The notes beneath the pieces were generated by a model, which was given only the letters and a program-made list of their open reading frames with translations, did not search any database and was not told the origin of the DNA. A stretch of 64,000 nt of DNA. Origin: Eledone cirrhosa (taxonomy: Eukaryota). The stretch spans positions 338,644,001 through 338,708,000 of the forward strand of contig OZ024740.1 in NCBI GenBank assembly GCA_964016885.1, written 5' to 3'. Both the position numbers and the translations under genes were made by a program. Below, piece by piece: positions 1-14,315 of this stretch. Numbering within the stretch: the first letter of the stretch is position 1; the number at the start of each line of letters is the position of its first letter.

Positions 1-869
1 GTACCTTTTACAGAATTTACCTCCTTAATATTGATTTATGTGTTGCCACAAAAAAAAATCCTTCTTAATTTATCAATTTCTTTTTTACCCCCCTCATCCA
101 TATCAATTTTTTCATAGACTCCTAGAGTACTACTGTGGACCCCCAATTTACTATTGTTTTATGTGGACCAAAAATATTCTTATATGGACTGTGGTTGAAA
201 ACCATTGATCTAACCCAACAATGGACTACCAAAGCATATACATATACTATCTGAAGCTGAAATAACTCAGATATATGAGTAAAGTAACATTGGATCTCAA
301 TAAACCAGTTAATGTAAGAAAATACATTCTCAAAGTCAAAAATGCATCATACATAGAAATACAACTTTTAAAATGTATATAATGGAAATACAAACAAGAA
401 ACAAGAAACTAACAAGAAAATATGCAAACAATGAGTCATTAATATTAAGGTTCAAAATATTGAGAACACAAATGACAAAAATATACTTAACACATGCAGA
501 CAAACAGAAATATGGAAAACAAACAAAATATAAAACAAAAAAGAACAAAAACATCATACCTACAATTTACTGACCATTGACAAATAATTTGATGTAAGGG
601 AAATAACTCTAAAATCTAGCTTAGGACAGCTGTGATTGGCATATAGCTCTCCAGTTAAAAATAATAGAAAAGGACAGAAGAAGAATTGAGGCCATTGTTT
701 TGGCTGCCTTTTCTGATTCTATGCAATAATTATTAGTTTGTTCACAGCGTGCTTATGACATTCTTCAATTATATTCAATCCATGTCAATTGAGTGCAGTT
801 TACTAAATGAATGCATTAAAAATCTGCACAAATAAAAATATGAAATGCAAGTGAATAGGAGAAAGATTT

Positions 870-1485
870 AGAAGCAGGTAATTAAAAAAATGGAAATTCT
901 GAATACGACAAAAATCTAAAGGCGGAAATGGTTAAATAATTAAAATCAATAGAATATCTTCAAATGGACCAACAAGTCATAAAATCTAACCACAAAATGG
1001 CAACAAAAAATTAGAATTATGTAAACCTGGGCATTATATACTGAATGAATAGATGGGAACATCAATATCATGAACATAAAGCAAATAATCTTAACAACAG
1101 CAGCAATAGTCTCAAAGAAAACTGCTCATATAAAATATCAAAACTCATAAAACAAATATACAGAGAAAGCTACTACAGAGTAAAAGTAAATATCTTTTAA
1201 ACTCTAACGAAATCAACAATAAAAAAAAGCAACTGAGAAAATAAAATAAGGAAATGAACGCTACAAAAATATAACATAAAAATAAGTATCCAAAATCAAA
1301 GATGAGATATTCGCTAAATCGCAAAAAATCTGTTTTTAAGTAACAAAAAAAAAAGACGATTTTTTGAAAAGAAAATGCTCGTCTCAAATCCGAAATGATT
1401 TTATCAAGTACTGTGTAACACTAATAGAGAAATCACTGCAGCTCCAACGGCAAGAGAAGTTGAAGAATTTTGGGGAAAGAGTCTA
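870..1485 (+). mobile_element. Highly degenerate R4/Dong-like non-LTR retrotransposon remnant (region N-terminal to RT)
   Basis: 1441-1480 translates as APTAREVEEFWGK, resembling the P..EEVE.FW..IW motif upstream of the RT in R4-clade elements. The upstream sequence is A-rich and broken. Boundaries approximate. Confidence 0.4.
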
Positions 1486-2169
1486 AACAGCAGATGGATT
1501 GCTTCTGACAAGAATGTTCAAAACAATCATCTTCCTAAAATCTGCTATCAGGATAGAGTTGACCACACACAATAATGAGCCCCATATGTTGGAAAAGCTC
1601 TTTCAGTGCATTTCCTTTGCTATCCTCTGAAATAATGCCTTTTCAATTCTGTATATTGGCACTATGAGGAGACATCTGTCTAATGTTTCGTCTGATGTTT
1701 CAATGAAAATATGAGACAACCTTTCATTGGTCGGTTTGTGATGTTACCATTGGCCACTACATAGGCACTTTTGTAATTACATGTATACATACATACATAC
1801 ACACTTATGTACACATATGCACACCTACACACACACATACATACACATATATATACACACACATATGCACACATACATACACATACATACACACATGCAC
1901 ACACGCATACATACACACTCACATACATACATGTAGTAATTATTATTGCAACACTAGGTTAGTTCAATTGACTACATTGTTCCTCTACATTGGTTGATAT
2001 TTTATTAAATAAAAAAATCATCCAAATTAAAATATTGATTTCTCCTTGAAATTAAAAATATAAAGTTGTGACAATCATTCCTGTTCCAAGCTCACAAGTA
2101 TAGTGTCTTACTAATTGTGGGAAACCATAGAAATAGGATAAGTAATACAGATACAAGAATAAACAACTG

Positions 2170-2364
2170 CAGACCTGCTAACCTCTAAAAACCCAAACGG
2201 GGAGTACCATGAAAAAAAGGGCCCTAAAACGGGAAGAAATGAAGTAAAATGGGGAGATTTGACGTAATGAAGGCTATACCCATTTTCACAAGAGAAGACA
2301 TCTCTCACCCACCCCAAAATGGGTGGGAGATCTCCTTGTCAGATGGGGAGAGTTCACAGGTCTG
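2170..2364. mobile_element. MITE (family A), TIR CAGACCTG.../...CAGGTCTG
   Basis: Terminal inverted repeats. Flanks are CAACTG (2164-2169) and TGACTG (2365-2370). Related copy at 18228-18387. Confidence 0.75.
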
Positions 2365-3779
2365 TGACTGGAAATCCCCAGGAAGTGATAATCTACAAAA
2401 CTGCTGGTTAAAATATTAGACAAGCAGTCAGATAATACTCACAAAATCAATGATTTATTGAATGAGCTACAATCAAATCTTAAATAGCTTACTCAGGTTG
2501 GATGGAGAAGAGAATATCCTAATCTCTAAAGCTAAAGAAACAACAAATCTCTATAACTACAGACCCACAAAGTGCTTGCCTACAATATGCAAAATCTGAG
2601 CCATAAAATTTCATATAAAAGGAAAATATAACCATATAGCTGTAAAGATCAATTGGTATGGTATGGACCTGTAACTCCTGAGGAGTCATAGGGGTGCCAT
2701 ATTGACATACAGCGTTTCTAGGGCATCTTTTAAAACTTGGCAGAGCCCATCTCCCCTCCAGGCCTGAATACAGTAGATTTCTTCCAGAGAAGGATAGAGA
2801 GAGAGAGAAAGAAAGCAAGTGAGAAAGAGATATAGTGGAAGAATCGACCCCAGTACCTGACTAGAACTTTTTTTATCGACCATGAATGGATGAAAGGCCA
2901 AGTTGACCTCTTCAGGATTTGAACTCAGAGAACAGAGAGCTGAAATGAATACTACAAAGCATTCTACCTGATGTTCTAACATGACTCTGCCAATTTGCTG
3001 CCTACAGATCAATTAGCAATCTACAAAGCTATAACTGAAGAAATCTAGAGAAATAAGAAGGGTTTCATTATTGGATAGATTGATTACCAGTGAGTTTTTA
3101 GTAAATTTTTATTATTACATCTGTCTCCAAGACATGTGAAGGAGTCATTTTGTTTTAATTTTAAGCATAGTCAGTTCATTGATTTGGTGAGAATTTTGAA
3201 GGTGAAATTTATATTTTTCCTATGATTTTTAATTTTTTGAACGGATATGGCCTTAAAATCCATTGTAAATTACTTGATTTCTGTGATTCCTCCACCTGAG
3301 AACTCCATAATACCTGCCTCAGAGATGGATGTAATAATAAAAATTTACCAAATTTTGAATAGGTTCCCCTTGCTCATGGTTTCCAGAAACATAATGTTGC
3401 AGCATTAAGAAACATGGTATAAAGAAAGTTTTACAGACTCAAACACTAGAGGAAATTATATGACAAAACTAGTCCCTACTATACAAGGAATATTCTGAGA
3501 GATCTGTCACTGATCCATTTCTGTATTTTGGGGAAGGTATAGTCGATTAAATGGTATTTTATTTTATTGAACCTACAAGGATAAAAGGGAAATTTAATTT
3601 CAGTAGGATTTGAACTCAACATAAAGTACTGTAGCTAAATTACTATAATGTAAAGCATTTTGTCTAACATTATGATGACTACCATTATCATGAAAGTGAA
3701 ATCTTATAAAATTCAATAAGGATAAAGCATTTCTAAAAGTGTAAATACTTCTTCTAGGAAAGCAATATATTTGTATCAA

Positions 3780-4450
3780 ATACCAAAATGTAACAAAGAA
3801 AAACATAACACTGAATAAAATGCCAACATGAATGGAAGTTCAAATATACTGGTCGAGAATATAGAACAAAAGCTTTCAGCACAATCAAAAATGCACAATG
3901 GATAAGAAAGGGGGGAAAAGGATATGAAAACTAGAATAACATTGTAAACAGGGCTCAAAATAACCAGCAATAAATTCAACAACATAATAAAAAGTACAAA
4001 CATCTGAACAACTACCGTGATTGACAAAGTCCAGCATTTTTTGCCTGAAACACCCAGTCGGTATTCATTAATCTGTGGCAACAACATGCAATGAATTTGT
4101 AATTTAACCAGAGTCAACACGGAAAGGCTATAATAGGTGAAATAATATTGATTTCCAAATCTGAAAAAACACCGGCACCTCACAAAAGTATAAGCTTATA
4201 ATGTATTTGCCAATAGCATGCAAAGCCCTTATTGCTATACACTATAAGATACTAGTTACTCATCTGAAAAGCAATATTACCAGAGATGCTGAAATGGTAC
4301 CGAAAAGATATGTATGTTTGCAAAGAAAAGCTACTGGTGAATCAGGCAATTACAAAAAGGAGGAAATAGTGACAAAAATACTATTGCATGGCTTGGATTG
4401 ATTACATAAAATGTTTGATTTTCATAAGACAATGGAGAGAAAAACCATGA
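3780..4450 (+). mobile_element. Degenerate R4/Dong-like RT remnant, colinear with 870-1485
   Basis: Broken frames give IDKVQHF, ILISKSEKT and a MAW/WIDY.K.FD-like segment (4387-4420), in the order expected for the N-terminal RT motifs. Confidence 0.45.
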
Positions 4451-4599
4451 CTAATATTCTGTCACACTCAACAAATAGGAAATACTCTAAGGTCTGATTT
4501 TAATCGCAAGACATTAAAATAAATATATATATATATAATGTAACAGGAGGCTATTATCAAATTCAGATTACGGAAAAATTTGTCACATCCTTATTGGTT

Positions 4600-4735
4600 G
4601 CCAAGTCCTTTGGAGATCCAGGCAGATCAGTTGGAGATGTTTGCTTCTAACAGGACTCCATGGAGGGAGTGTTTGACGACTCTTCCCCCACAACCCTCCC
4701 AAAAATTAGTGGGCAAACAAAAAGAAGAGAGTCCT
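4600..4735 (+). mobile_element. RTE-like LINE 3' terminal fragment
   Basis: LEIQADQLEMFASNRTPWRECLTTLPPQP resembles the A.DR..WR...LPP.P C-terminus of RTE ORFs. Confidence 0.35.
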
Positions 4736-5837
4736 TGCAATCTTAGAGAGTATACTCTGACACAACTCTATTAACAACTATGTCCAATATGCCAAAATTT
4801 TCACATAAAAAATAAGAAGTTATATAAGCATATAGCAAACAATGTATGACAACTACTTTGCCAGTGATAATCCGGAGACATGTTTCTGTAGAGAGAGACA
4901 AAGAAATGAAGATAAATTACACAGATATAATTATCAAAGATAGCAGTAAGGATCGTGTACTCTGATGAATATGATGAGGCCTTATTAAAACTTCAATCGA
5001 AGTGTGCTTAAAAATATCAAAGTACAGTGAGCCTGAAATATAAATTGAGAGAATATGAGCTATGTAAACAATACCAATAGTAATTGGAGTGCCAAGAAAC
5101 AAAAAAAAAGACCCTATTTTGGTCATGACTTACCATGGGTTTGCACCTTGGTAGTTACTCTTCAAGGCACAAGCAAGGTGTTTTGTGGAAGGCAAGCAGT
5201 CACTCATGCATGCAAGTCTCCCCTCTTCATTTTTTCCAGCTGAGTGGACTGGAACAATGTGAAATAAAGTGCCTTGTTTAAGGATACTTGGATTAAACTA
5301 ACAACGATTGTGAGCCATACATACAAACCCATAAGCACTATTTATCAATAATAATTGATAAATAAGACTATAAAAAAATTAAACAGTAACTAGACTTAAA
5401 TTATTCCAAATAAATAGCACTGTTAAGGAGGTTAGAGTGAGCTCACATCCAATGCAAAACATGTGCAATTCACACATGATAATTCCTGCATAACACACAC
5501 AATCTATATTCTACACAACGGCTAGCCAATAATATTACACATCTCACACAGTATATTCTCTACACAATCCCCATCCAACATCATGATGCAGTCTGTTGCA
5601 ATATTTCAAAGGTGATTAGATTGAAAACTTAAAAGACCGTACACATATATAGCATAGTAGTTAAGTAGGCAGAACAAACTACTTCTGCTGGAAAAGGTGC
5701 TATAAGCTCTACCACCTTCTCAAAATGTTAAATTAAACTAATTTCGGAGGCCTTTGAAAGCCATATAAAAATGTGTATAGTGATTCCTCCTTTTCCCAAA
5801 AGGACAATACTTGATATAAAAATAACTGATGAAAATG

Positions 5838-6230
5838 GTTTCTAATTTTGGCACAAGGCCAGAAATTTAGTGGAAGAGGAAATTTGGTTATGTCAATCCT
5901 AGTACTTTATTTCATCAACGTCCGTATGTAAAGCAATGTCAATCTCCATAGGAATTTGAACTCAGAATGCAAAACATTTTGTTTGATACTCTAACAATTC
6001 TGCCAATCCATCACCCAAAATAACTGAGAATGATTTCTGATTTAGGCACAAGGCCAACAAATTTGGGAAAGAGATGTTGATTAAATCGACCCCAGTACTG
6101 GTATTTTGTTACCAACCCCATAAGGATGAAAGACAAAGATAACTTTAGTGGGATTTGAATTCAGAATGTAAAATGATATAACTCTATGCCGCAAAGCATA
6201 GTGCCCGATGCTCTACTGATACTACCACTG
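5838..6230 (-). mobile_element. Two diverged tandem tRNA-derived SINE copies (family S1)
   Basis: Each has the reverse complement of the S1 tail (ggcacaaggcc) and of the B-box (tttgaactcagaa or a variant). Confidence 0.65.
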
Positions 6231-6275
6231 ATAATAATAACAGTTCCTAATTAATAGTAATTAATTATCATATCT

Positions 6276-6448
6276 AAGGGCAGTGGATTGGCAGTATCGG
6301 TAGAGGGTCGGACGCCATGCTTTGACGCATGCCATTCTGAGTTCAAATCCTGCCAAGGTTAACTTTGCCTTTCATCCTTATGGGGTCGATAAAATAAAGT
6401 ACCAGTAATACACTGGGTAATTGCTGGCCTTGTGCCAAAGGTAGAAAC
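6276..6448 (+). mobile_element. tRNA-derived SINE family S1 (core resembles the Meta domain), full length
   Basis: A-box-like tggcagtatcgg, B-box gagttcaaatcc, core gcctttcatccttatggggtcgataaaataaagtacc. 17-bp TSD aattaattatcatatct at 6259-6275 and 6449-6465. Confidence 0.9.
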
Positions 6449-8299
6449 AATTAATTATCATATCTCAGTTAAAATTTCATGATTATTGCAGAATTCTTGC
6501 TAAACAGTTAACTCAATACATTTGTTCTATAAAATAGATATGAAGCTTGATGTTTCACAAAAAGAATTCTGCAACATCATTGCCATTTATTGTTTATAAT
6601 AATATAAGCATTTTTGTTTGATATACAACATCAAATAGCTATCAGGACTCATGTATAACAAACCATATTTAAACTTTACTTATAGTATACATATATTAGA
6701 TCAGGTTATCTGTCTCAAACCGATAAAATAATGGTTAAAGTTGCATCTAAATAAACATATGAGAAGTGATTGTAGATAGAAAGTTTCCTGCATGGTATAG
6801 TGGAATTATCGTGTAGTCATCGTTATACACATGATTTATAAAACTATGTTCTGAAAATTTCCATCACAAATACAAGTTTTCTTCCAGTTAACTATAGGTT
6901 AAATTGGGTTTAATGTATCTAAAGTTACATACAATGGTAATACAATATTATTGTAACATTAAAACTATTGTGTTCAGTATCATGAATATTTATTCACAAT
7001 AAAAATACAGAGTTATTATTGTACACAAGAAACAAAATATTATGCATTAGCCCAGAATACAGCAATGAAGTATATATTAAATATGAGATATATTCTTGCT
7101 TTTCAATATCATGCAACAATGTAATGTCAGAGTTGTACTTGTTTAGGAAGTTAATTCATATGACACTTTGTAATGAACACTAAAGAGTCATTTGAATTTT
7201 TTAAAAGCAAAATAAAACCATTATATTAACTTTCTATTTATATATTTCATGGTGTCAAAATTTGTATCACACTCTGTCAATACGATGGACAGAAATTCAT
7301 GGAGAGCAGCTGTGAGACATTGCCTGGAGTTGCCTACCTTGGAGCCCAGGTCAACCGCAGTACCCTAAAGACCAAAACTGGATATGGATGGATGGACTCT
7401 CTACAACCTGGTCCCTGACATAAAGGCTTCAAATTACTTTTTAAAGTCCCTAGTATAAGAGTGAAAAAACTTATTATTTCTTGTCTCGTCTGATTTTGTA
7501 AACTTCCAGTTTGATGGGCATTAAGCATATGAGAGTATAAGCCAGTCACTCACACAGCTAACTCCCAGCTACCACTCATACTCATTTTTTAGCTGAGCAA
7601 ACTGGAGCAAAGTGAAATGAAGTGCCTTGCTTAAGGTCTCAATGTGAAACCCAGTTTGAAAATCAAACCCATGTCCTTATGAATGTAACCTCAATACCAG
7701 GTTGCATTGCTTCAAGAAAAAAAAAAAAAATCTGAAAAAATCCTTAATATAAATATAATACACTCCTGATTATTGATCAAAGTATATAAACTGATATTTA
7801 CATAATATTGAATTAAAATGATATATAAAAAAATATTCATTAATGTAGAACACAGGAATATTGAATAATTCATAAAATGATAATGTGACATAACAACATC
7901 TTACTGATTCTGGGGTGGAAATGAAAAGAATTGTATTATATAATTAATGGTGAATGCAACATTCATGAATAGAGTGTTCTGCATTATTTCCCTGGTTGAA
8001 ACTGGAGAGGAAGTTTTTAGAAGTGTTTGTGAGCTAAAACATAAGCATCACAATATAAAAGAAAAGAGGTGTGAAAGAAAAAAATACATGATTTGTTACA
8101 TCCTTTTCTGTTTCTTACTCTTTAAAAGAGCTATTATGGGATATAAATTACCAGTGTCTTGGGTCGTATTGAAATCTATCAATCACATTTTGAAAAAGTT
8201 CATGTTTGTTCTCAAAAATCTTTGCTTGATAAACACTCATCATGCACAGTCCAGATAAACCTTTATCTGCCATTGTCGATCTTAACAGCGTTCTTATCC

Positions 8300-9700
8300 T
8301 TCTCATACTATTGAGGGACTTATCCACTATATAGGTTGTTATGGGCAATATCAGAGCAATATAAATAGCCTGTGGATAAGAAAGGAAATGAATATGTTTG
8401 AGCATGTTCCAAAGTCCATTTTCATATATATTATCTTGTTCTTTTATTTCAAACCAAGTGACTGCTTCAGATTCTGTGTTTACAATTGCATAAAGTTTAA
8501 TGGTTTTTGTAATCTATTTCATAAATATTTCCTTTGTAAGTTTCATCATTTGTAGTGGATGAATTGAAAGTTTTTTTGTTCGTTTTTCAGCAGCAAATCA
8601 GCTTTCCAATAATGATATGATTGACCTGTAAATATGCCATACAGTCTGGTCTACAAAGGTATTCTTTGATAGTTGTACCATCAACAGTGAAATGGAATGT
8701 CCATTGACCACACTATCTGGGAAGAGGTAACTACATGTCTAATTTTTCTATGAGTTGATAATCAACAATTCAAATTTCCTTAAATTGTTCTTCTGCTTTT
8801 GTCTGTAGCCATAGAACACAATTAAAAGCTCCAGGACATTTTTATACACTTTCATTATATCAAGTTGAACAGATTGGAGAGCTTGTATTACAGATTCTAA
8901 CTATGCTGAGTAGGTGGAAGTAGACAAGAAAAGTTGCTGTACTTGAAGCAGACTCTGACTGATGAGATTTTTAGCATGTGTTCTTTTGAGTTATAGTGGC
9001 TAGTATACATTACTAATCAATAGATATGTTCAAACTTTATATTCTGCAGTCCAACATATTTCCAATAGTAATGGCATTCTTTGAATAAGACAACTATTCT
9101 TTAGACACTCATGTAAAAAAATTAATGACTGTGGCATTAAAATTATTCACAGAAGATTTAGTTTATGTGCAGCACAATGAAAAAGATGCTGCTTTGGGAT
9201 ATTTTATATTTATTTTAGCTTGCATTGCAATTTATTCTCCTACCATTGTAGAGTAACCATCATATTCTTAACTATATATTTTTTCTAGATTTAACACAAA
9301 ATTTCTAAACTGTATTTCTAATTGTATTGATAACGGAGATATTTAATTTATTTAGTGTGGCAAAGCCAAGGAATTCCTTCCAATTAATATTATCAGATTT
9401 GTTTGTCAAAACAAATTGTTCACTAAGTGATAACTACCCCTTCTAAGAATGCCAGCACTTTTGTCAGCAATTATTAAAAGTCTCGAGCAAATATTAACCA
9501 CAGAAACTATATCCTCCCCTTTCAATTTCTTCATACAATGTAATCAGTTTATTTATCACCGGGATAGTATTGTTTCCAAAATATTTTGCTGTGTCTTATA
9601 TTTTACTTTAAAACAGTATCTATAGAGGTTTTGTATATTTATAGTTGTGCTCTACCTTCCTAAATAAATCCATATTGTGAGTATCACATTATAAAATCAT
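8300..9700 (-). mobile_element. Very old LINE RT remnant
   Basis: QYGF-like codons (caatatggattt, about 9667-9678 on the minus strand) followed by a GRST-like segment. Downstream motifs are weak and boundaries uncertain. Confidence 0.3.
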
Positions 9701-10704
9701 GAAGACTATTGAAAAATTATCTTTCATTTTTCATCTACCAGCTATGTTACTGCACTAATAAGCCGATACATGACTGTCTTCAGATTGATTCTGATGGCCA
9801 TAAAGTTTGCTGCATCCATTTGAGCATGTCTGTGTCTTTGATTGATATATGAAGCTTTGCACAGTTATGCAATTTATACTTTGTAAAAGGTATAACAATA
9901 AATGCATCTTGTGATTCATTATGAACTGCCTGAAGAAAGATTGTGCAATACTTGCAGAATGCCTCCATTTGTGTATGAAGAATAACTAAGCTACAGATCA
10001 GAATGCACCTTATTTTGAATCATAATTCTCTGGAGGTGTGTAACACTTTGCAAGACGAATCTGCTTGAAATCATCTGTTACTTTATTTGATGAATCTACA
10101 CATATAACGATACCACTATCATTAACAAGGTTAGAACATGTACACTGATTACATTCAGCTGTTTAATTAAGCATGGAACTGGGGTTTCGTTGTTCCTCAG
10201 ATTCATGTTTCACTTTTCCAATTTTAGTTTCGTTATTTGAATATTCTTTTTCATCCAGTTCTGTTCATGTGGAAAATGAACTGATCACATTGTATGAAGA
10301 AATTATAAAGGGCAGATATAGTTACTGTGGATAATATTTCCCCAAGATTTTCAATAATTGCTGATAAAATAAAAGAACCCTTACACTCCTAACAATTTTC
10401 CAGCCCAGGAGAGCCTGGTATACCCCAAAATGATTGATACTATCCATCCACTTGTTCCAAGCAATATATAAATATCCCCTTTAGGCCAGTAAGAGAAACC
10501 AGGCAAACTCCACAATATGCCAGACATCATCCACTTAAAAAAAGCTGTCCCAATGACGCCCCCCCCCCCACCATCAGCAGTGCAATGTCTGTACCTCAGC
10601 CCCAATCCACATGAATGCCTCCCTAGCAAGACCAAGTACATTGAGCACTCTAGTACAGTTAAGAGGTAATATTGGTCCCACAACAAAGGCACCCTGTCCT
10701 CTTT

Positions 10705-10940
10705 GTATGGTGGTAGTGCTGGTGTTATAACGAAAAGCACCCGGGTCACCCTGAAAGTCGGTAGGGCTGCTGTTATGATAAAATGTTCCCAATATGTGCT
10801 ATCCAGCTATAGAAATCAAGCCAAAACAAAGTGTACAAGCAAATCTAGTCATCTGACGGGTCTGGCCGGCCTCACACATGGCAGATGTGTAACTGTGTAT
10901 CAAGCACGGAAAATAGACGTTAAACAGTGATGATGATGAT
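10705..10940 (+). mobile_element. SINE/LINE 3' tail of RTE type ending in (GAT)n
   Basis: atccagctatagaaatcaagcc...aagcacggaaaatagacgttaaac(gat)n matches the tail of the RTE at 26498 and of family S2 SINEs. Confidence 0.6.
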
Positions 10941-11144
10941 GTCGGTCTTCAAACATTAATTTTTTCATAAACTTTGTAATGAAAATGAATTCATTTAAGA
11001 AGAAACCCAAATTATCCAGCAAGCTTGTAGTACAAAATCAGAGCAATGTAAAAATAATAACTTTATATAATTCATGCTACCGTGATACTCATAGCATTCT
11101 CATCTAAAATCACAGTAGTATAAAATCCCACTACCATGACACTC

Positions 11145-11400
11145 ATAATAATAATAATGAAATTATTGTGTACAGTGCTCAGGTGCACTACAATTCGTTA
11201 AAGGTGCATGTATAGTACATAGAATAATGTACAAATGTCAGGAAAGGGAACAGTATGAGTCATGATATACATGTGTGTGTGTGGGGGGGGGGGGGGGGAC
11301 TATTAAGTGTAGTGTTGGTAAATTTCAGGAAGCATGGAGGTTTGAAAGGATGCAGTGTCTTGGCAGTTAACAACTGATTTAGAGCATTGCCTGCAAGCTT
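11145..11400 (-). mobile_element. CR1-like LINE 3' end with (ATT)n tail
   Basis: Encodes SVVNCQDTASFQTSMLPEIYQHYT*, a CR1-type C-terminus, followed by a 3' UTR and ATT repeats. Confidence 0.6.
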
Positions 11401-11992
11401 GTAAAAGCTGAATTGTTGACAGTGGTGTTTGCTGCAGACTTGTTATTGAACTAGTCAGGAGAAAACAAACTTCCTGTGGGGTGGGTAACAAGATCTGAAC
11501 TTTAGGGGTAAATCACATTTTCTTACGTTTTGCCAATGTTTGTCATCCAATAAATATTAGTTCAGCAATCACAGTTTGTTGTTATTTTGCATATTGTTTA
11601 ACTAAAGCTATACTCAACAGTATTATCTAAAATCACAATAGTATAAAAATAACAGCTTGATCATGCTACTATGATACTGATAGCATCATCATGCTACTAT
11701 GATACTGATAGCAATGTAAAAATAACAATTTGATATAAAATCATGGTGTCATGATATTAGTGTCACTATCACCTTAAATAGAGGTGAAGATGTTGGAGAC
11801 TTGTTTTGAAATTAACTGCCATCTTAAAAAATATTTTATACTGCTAATCATAGTTATTTTATAAAATCTAATTACCATATAAACTTTCACAAACTGTTAA
11901 CAAATTTTAACAGTTTCCCTAAATGTTTAACAGCAACATTTTTTGTACCATGGCAATGTGTACTTAAATAAAAAAAAAAGTACACTCATTTA

Positions 11993-12227
11993 TCTGCATC
12001 CTTTAAAACCCTCATGCTTCCCGAAATTCGCCAAAGCTACACCTGATGTACCCCTTCCATACACATGCACACATGTGTATATCATGACTGTATATACTCA
12101 TGCACTGTTCATTTTCCTGACGTTTGTACATTACCCTATGTACTAGACATACACTTTTTGATGAGTTGTAGTGCACCTGAGCACTATACACAATATTTTC
12201 ATTATTATTATTATTATTATTATTATT
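11993..12227 (+). mobile_element. CR1-like LINE 3' end with (ATT)n tail; inverted homolog of 11145-11400
   Basis: ctgcatcctttaaaaccctcatgcttcccgaaatt...ttgtagtgcacctgagcactatacacaat...(att)9 is the reverse-complement homolog of the upstream copy. Confidence 0.65.
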
Positions 12228-12443
12228 GAATGCCATGGTTGACGGAGGCTCGGCTCTGTAAGGTATAGTCATTTTTAACCGCTATAACAATTGTAAATTG
12301 TTTAAAACTTTAACCAAATTGTAGATAAAAACACACTCCTCTTCGTGAGAGGGGTCTTTCTGCCCGTTATTTGGCCCTTCGGGATTAAATAACCGCTTAT
12401 TGGGGTTTTGTGTCCAATATTAATTTTAAACCCCAAAAAAAAC

Positions 12444-14242
12444 ATGGCTACAAAAAAGAATTTTCGCAAGTCACTCCCACTCATTCCGACTTCTTCTTCC
12501 TCAATCGTCACTACATCAGAGAGAAGATTGTCTCTCTCCCTCCCTTCTCTTTCGCAAGCGACGCCAGTAAAGAAAAAGAAAAAGAAAAATATAGTTTCTG
12601 ATAGTTTCCAAGAGCACCTGCATACCGTGGAACATTTCTCGACAACGACGAAAAATGTGTGCGGTAAATACGGAAAGCCTTTTCATTCGTCTGACGTCAT
12701 GAATAATAGCAGTAGCAGCCGTAATAACAGCAGCAGCAGCAACAACAACCACAGCAACAGCGGCAGTCGCAGTACCAGCAGCAACAACAAAAGTAACAGC
12801 AGCTCTGACGACAACAACAAGAAAGAAAAACCAATCTCGTTTGCAGGTATCGCAAAGAACCTGGAAACCATCCTTATAACAAATGAGGAATTACAGGAAG
12901 CAAAGAAGATGGTGACGAAAACCGGACACCGAGCAATCTGCAAGGCAGCCGAAACATTTTTCGAAACCCAACATCACTGTACGGTCACGTACCGTGCAGT
13001 AAGCACAAAATCCCGTAGGGTTGAAAGAGTCACAGAGGCTCAAATACAAAAAGTCTTAGGGTCTGTGTGGCAGCGGAAAACGCATATCACCCGAGGCAAG
13101 AAATATGCCAATGTGGACGTGCTTTTTGCCACACCCCAGGAGGCAAAGGCTCAATCCTTAGTGACACTAAGGAGCGAGGAAATGTTGTTGGTGCCCTCCT
13201 ACTGCGGACAAAATATTGTAAGGGTCAAACTGACCCACGTCCCCCCCGGGATGGCCCCTTCTTGGCTGGCCGCGTCTGTCCTCGTCGGAATCGAGGACAA
13301 AACAACTGTACTGCAAGTACAGAAAAAAGTACGAGAAGATTGGGTCGGCACCTCCATTGAGATGTTAATCCAAACCAACCAGGAGTGCATCGAAGCTATC
13401 CCGGATGTGATAGACTTCGATAACGACACTCAACTGCCCATAAGTGTTGAGGGCAAACGCCCGAAATGCTTTCGCTGTGGATCGAAGACTCACCTCAGGG
13501 CCTTCTGCAATGAGAAGACTGTGAGAAAGGAGAAAACCCCCTCCTTCCGAAACTGGCTCCACTGCTACCAGCAACAGGACAGGCGGCAACCAGGAAGGAT
13601 AGGTCCGTGGCACCCATACCCACGCCACGGAAATCAAGAACAGCAGCAGCAGTGGAAGTATTAACAACAACAACAGCAATACCAACTGCAGCTGCAACAG
13701 AGACTCCACTGCAAACATCTCCAACAACAACAAGTGAAAGAGTCGACCTCACAGAATCAGACATGGAGTGTGAGGTGGGAGAGGGATGACAAAAGGTCGC
13801 AAGAAGGCACAAACGCAGAAGCAGCGCATCGTCGCCTTCGAAAAGGGAGGAAAGAAATGAAAAAAGGGTAAAGGCTATTGCAAAGAGACTTACAGCAGCA
13901 ACACCACCATCACAACCCACACTAGCACTACCATCACCACCAGCGGCAACCTCACCGCAAACAACAACACCTTCAACACCTCCACCACAGGCACCAACAT
14001 CGCAAACACAACAACAAAACACACACACCCTGCAACAGCGACAAGAAAATAGCAGAACCACACCCCACCCCCAGAAAAACAAATGCACAGCAATAAATAC
14101 ACACAACAAGAAACAAACGACTCACATAATTGAACACACAGACATTTCACAGCACGACTACATAATACCAGCACCAACGAACATAAGACTGGTAAGAATA
14201 GCACAGAAGCAATACACAAACGAAATTCCCCAACGCAGTTAG
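12444..14242 (+). pseudogene. Tx1-like ORF1 (gag-like RNA-binding protein), frameshifted
   Basis: MATKKNF start, SFA motif, CFRCGSKTHLRAFC (CX2CX4HX4C). After about 13540 it continues in another frame (T/A-rich linker, EG*QKVARR). The 3' end is approximate. Confidence 0.8.
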
Positions 14243-14315
14243 TGATTTCAGAGACCTAGGAGGGACACTCAACCGGAGAGTGTGGTCTTTCCCATCTTTT
14301 CCACTCCATTTCAAC

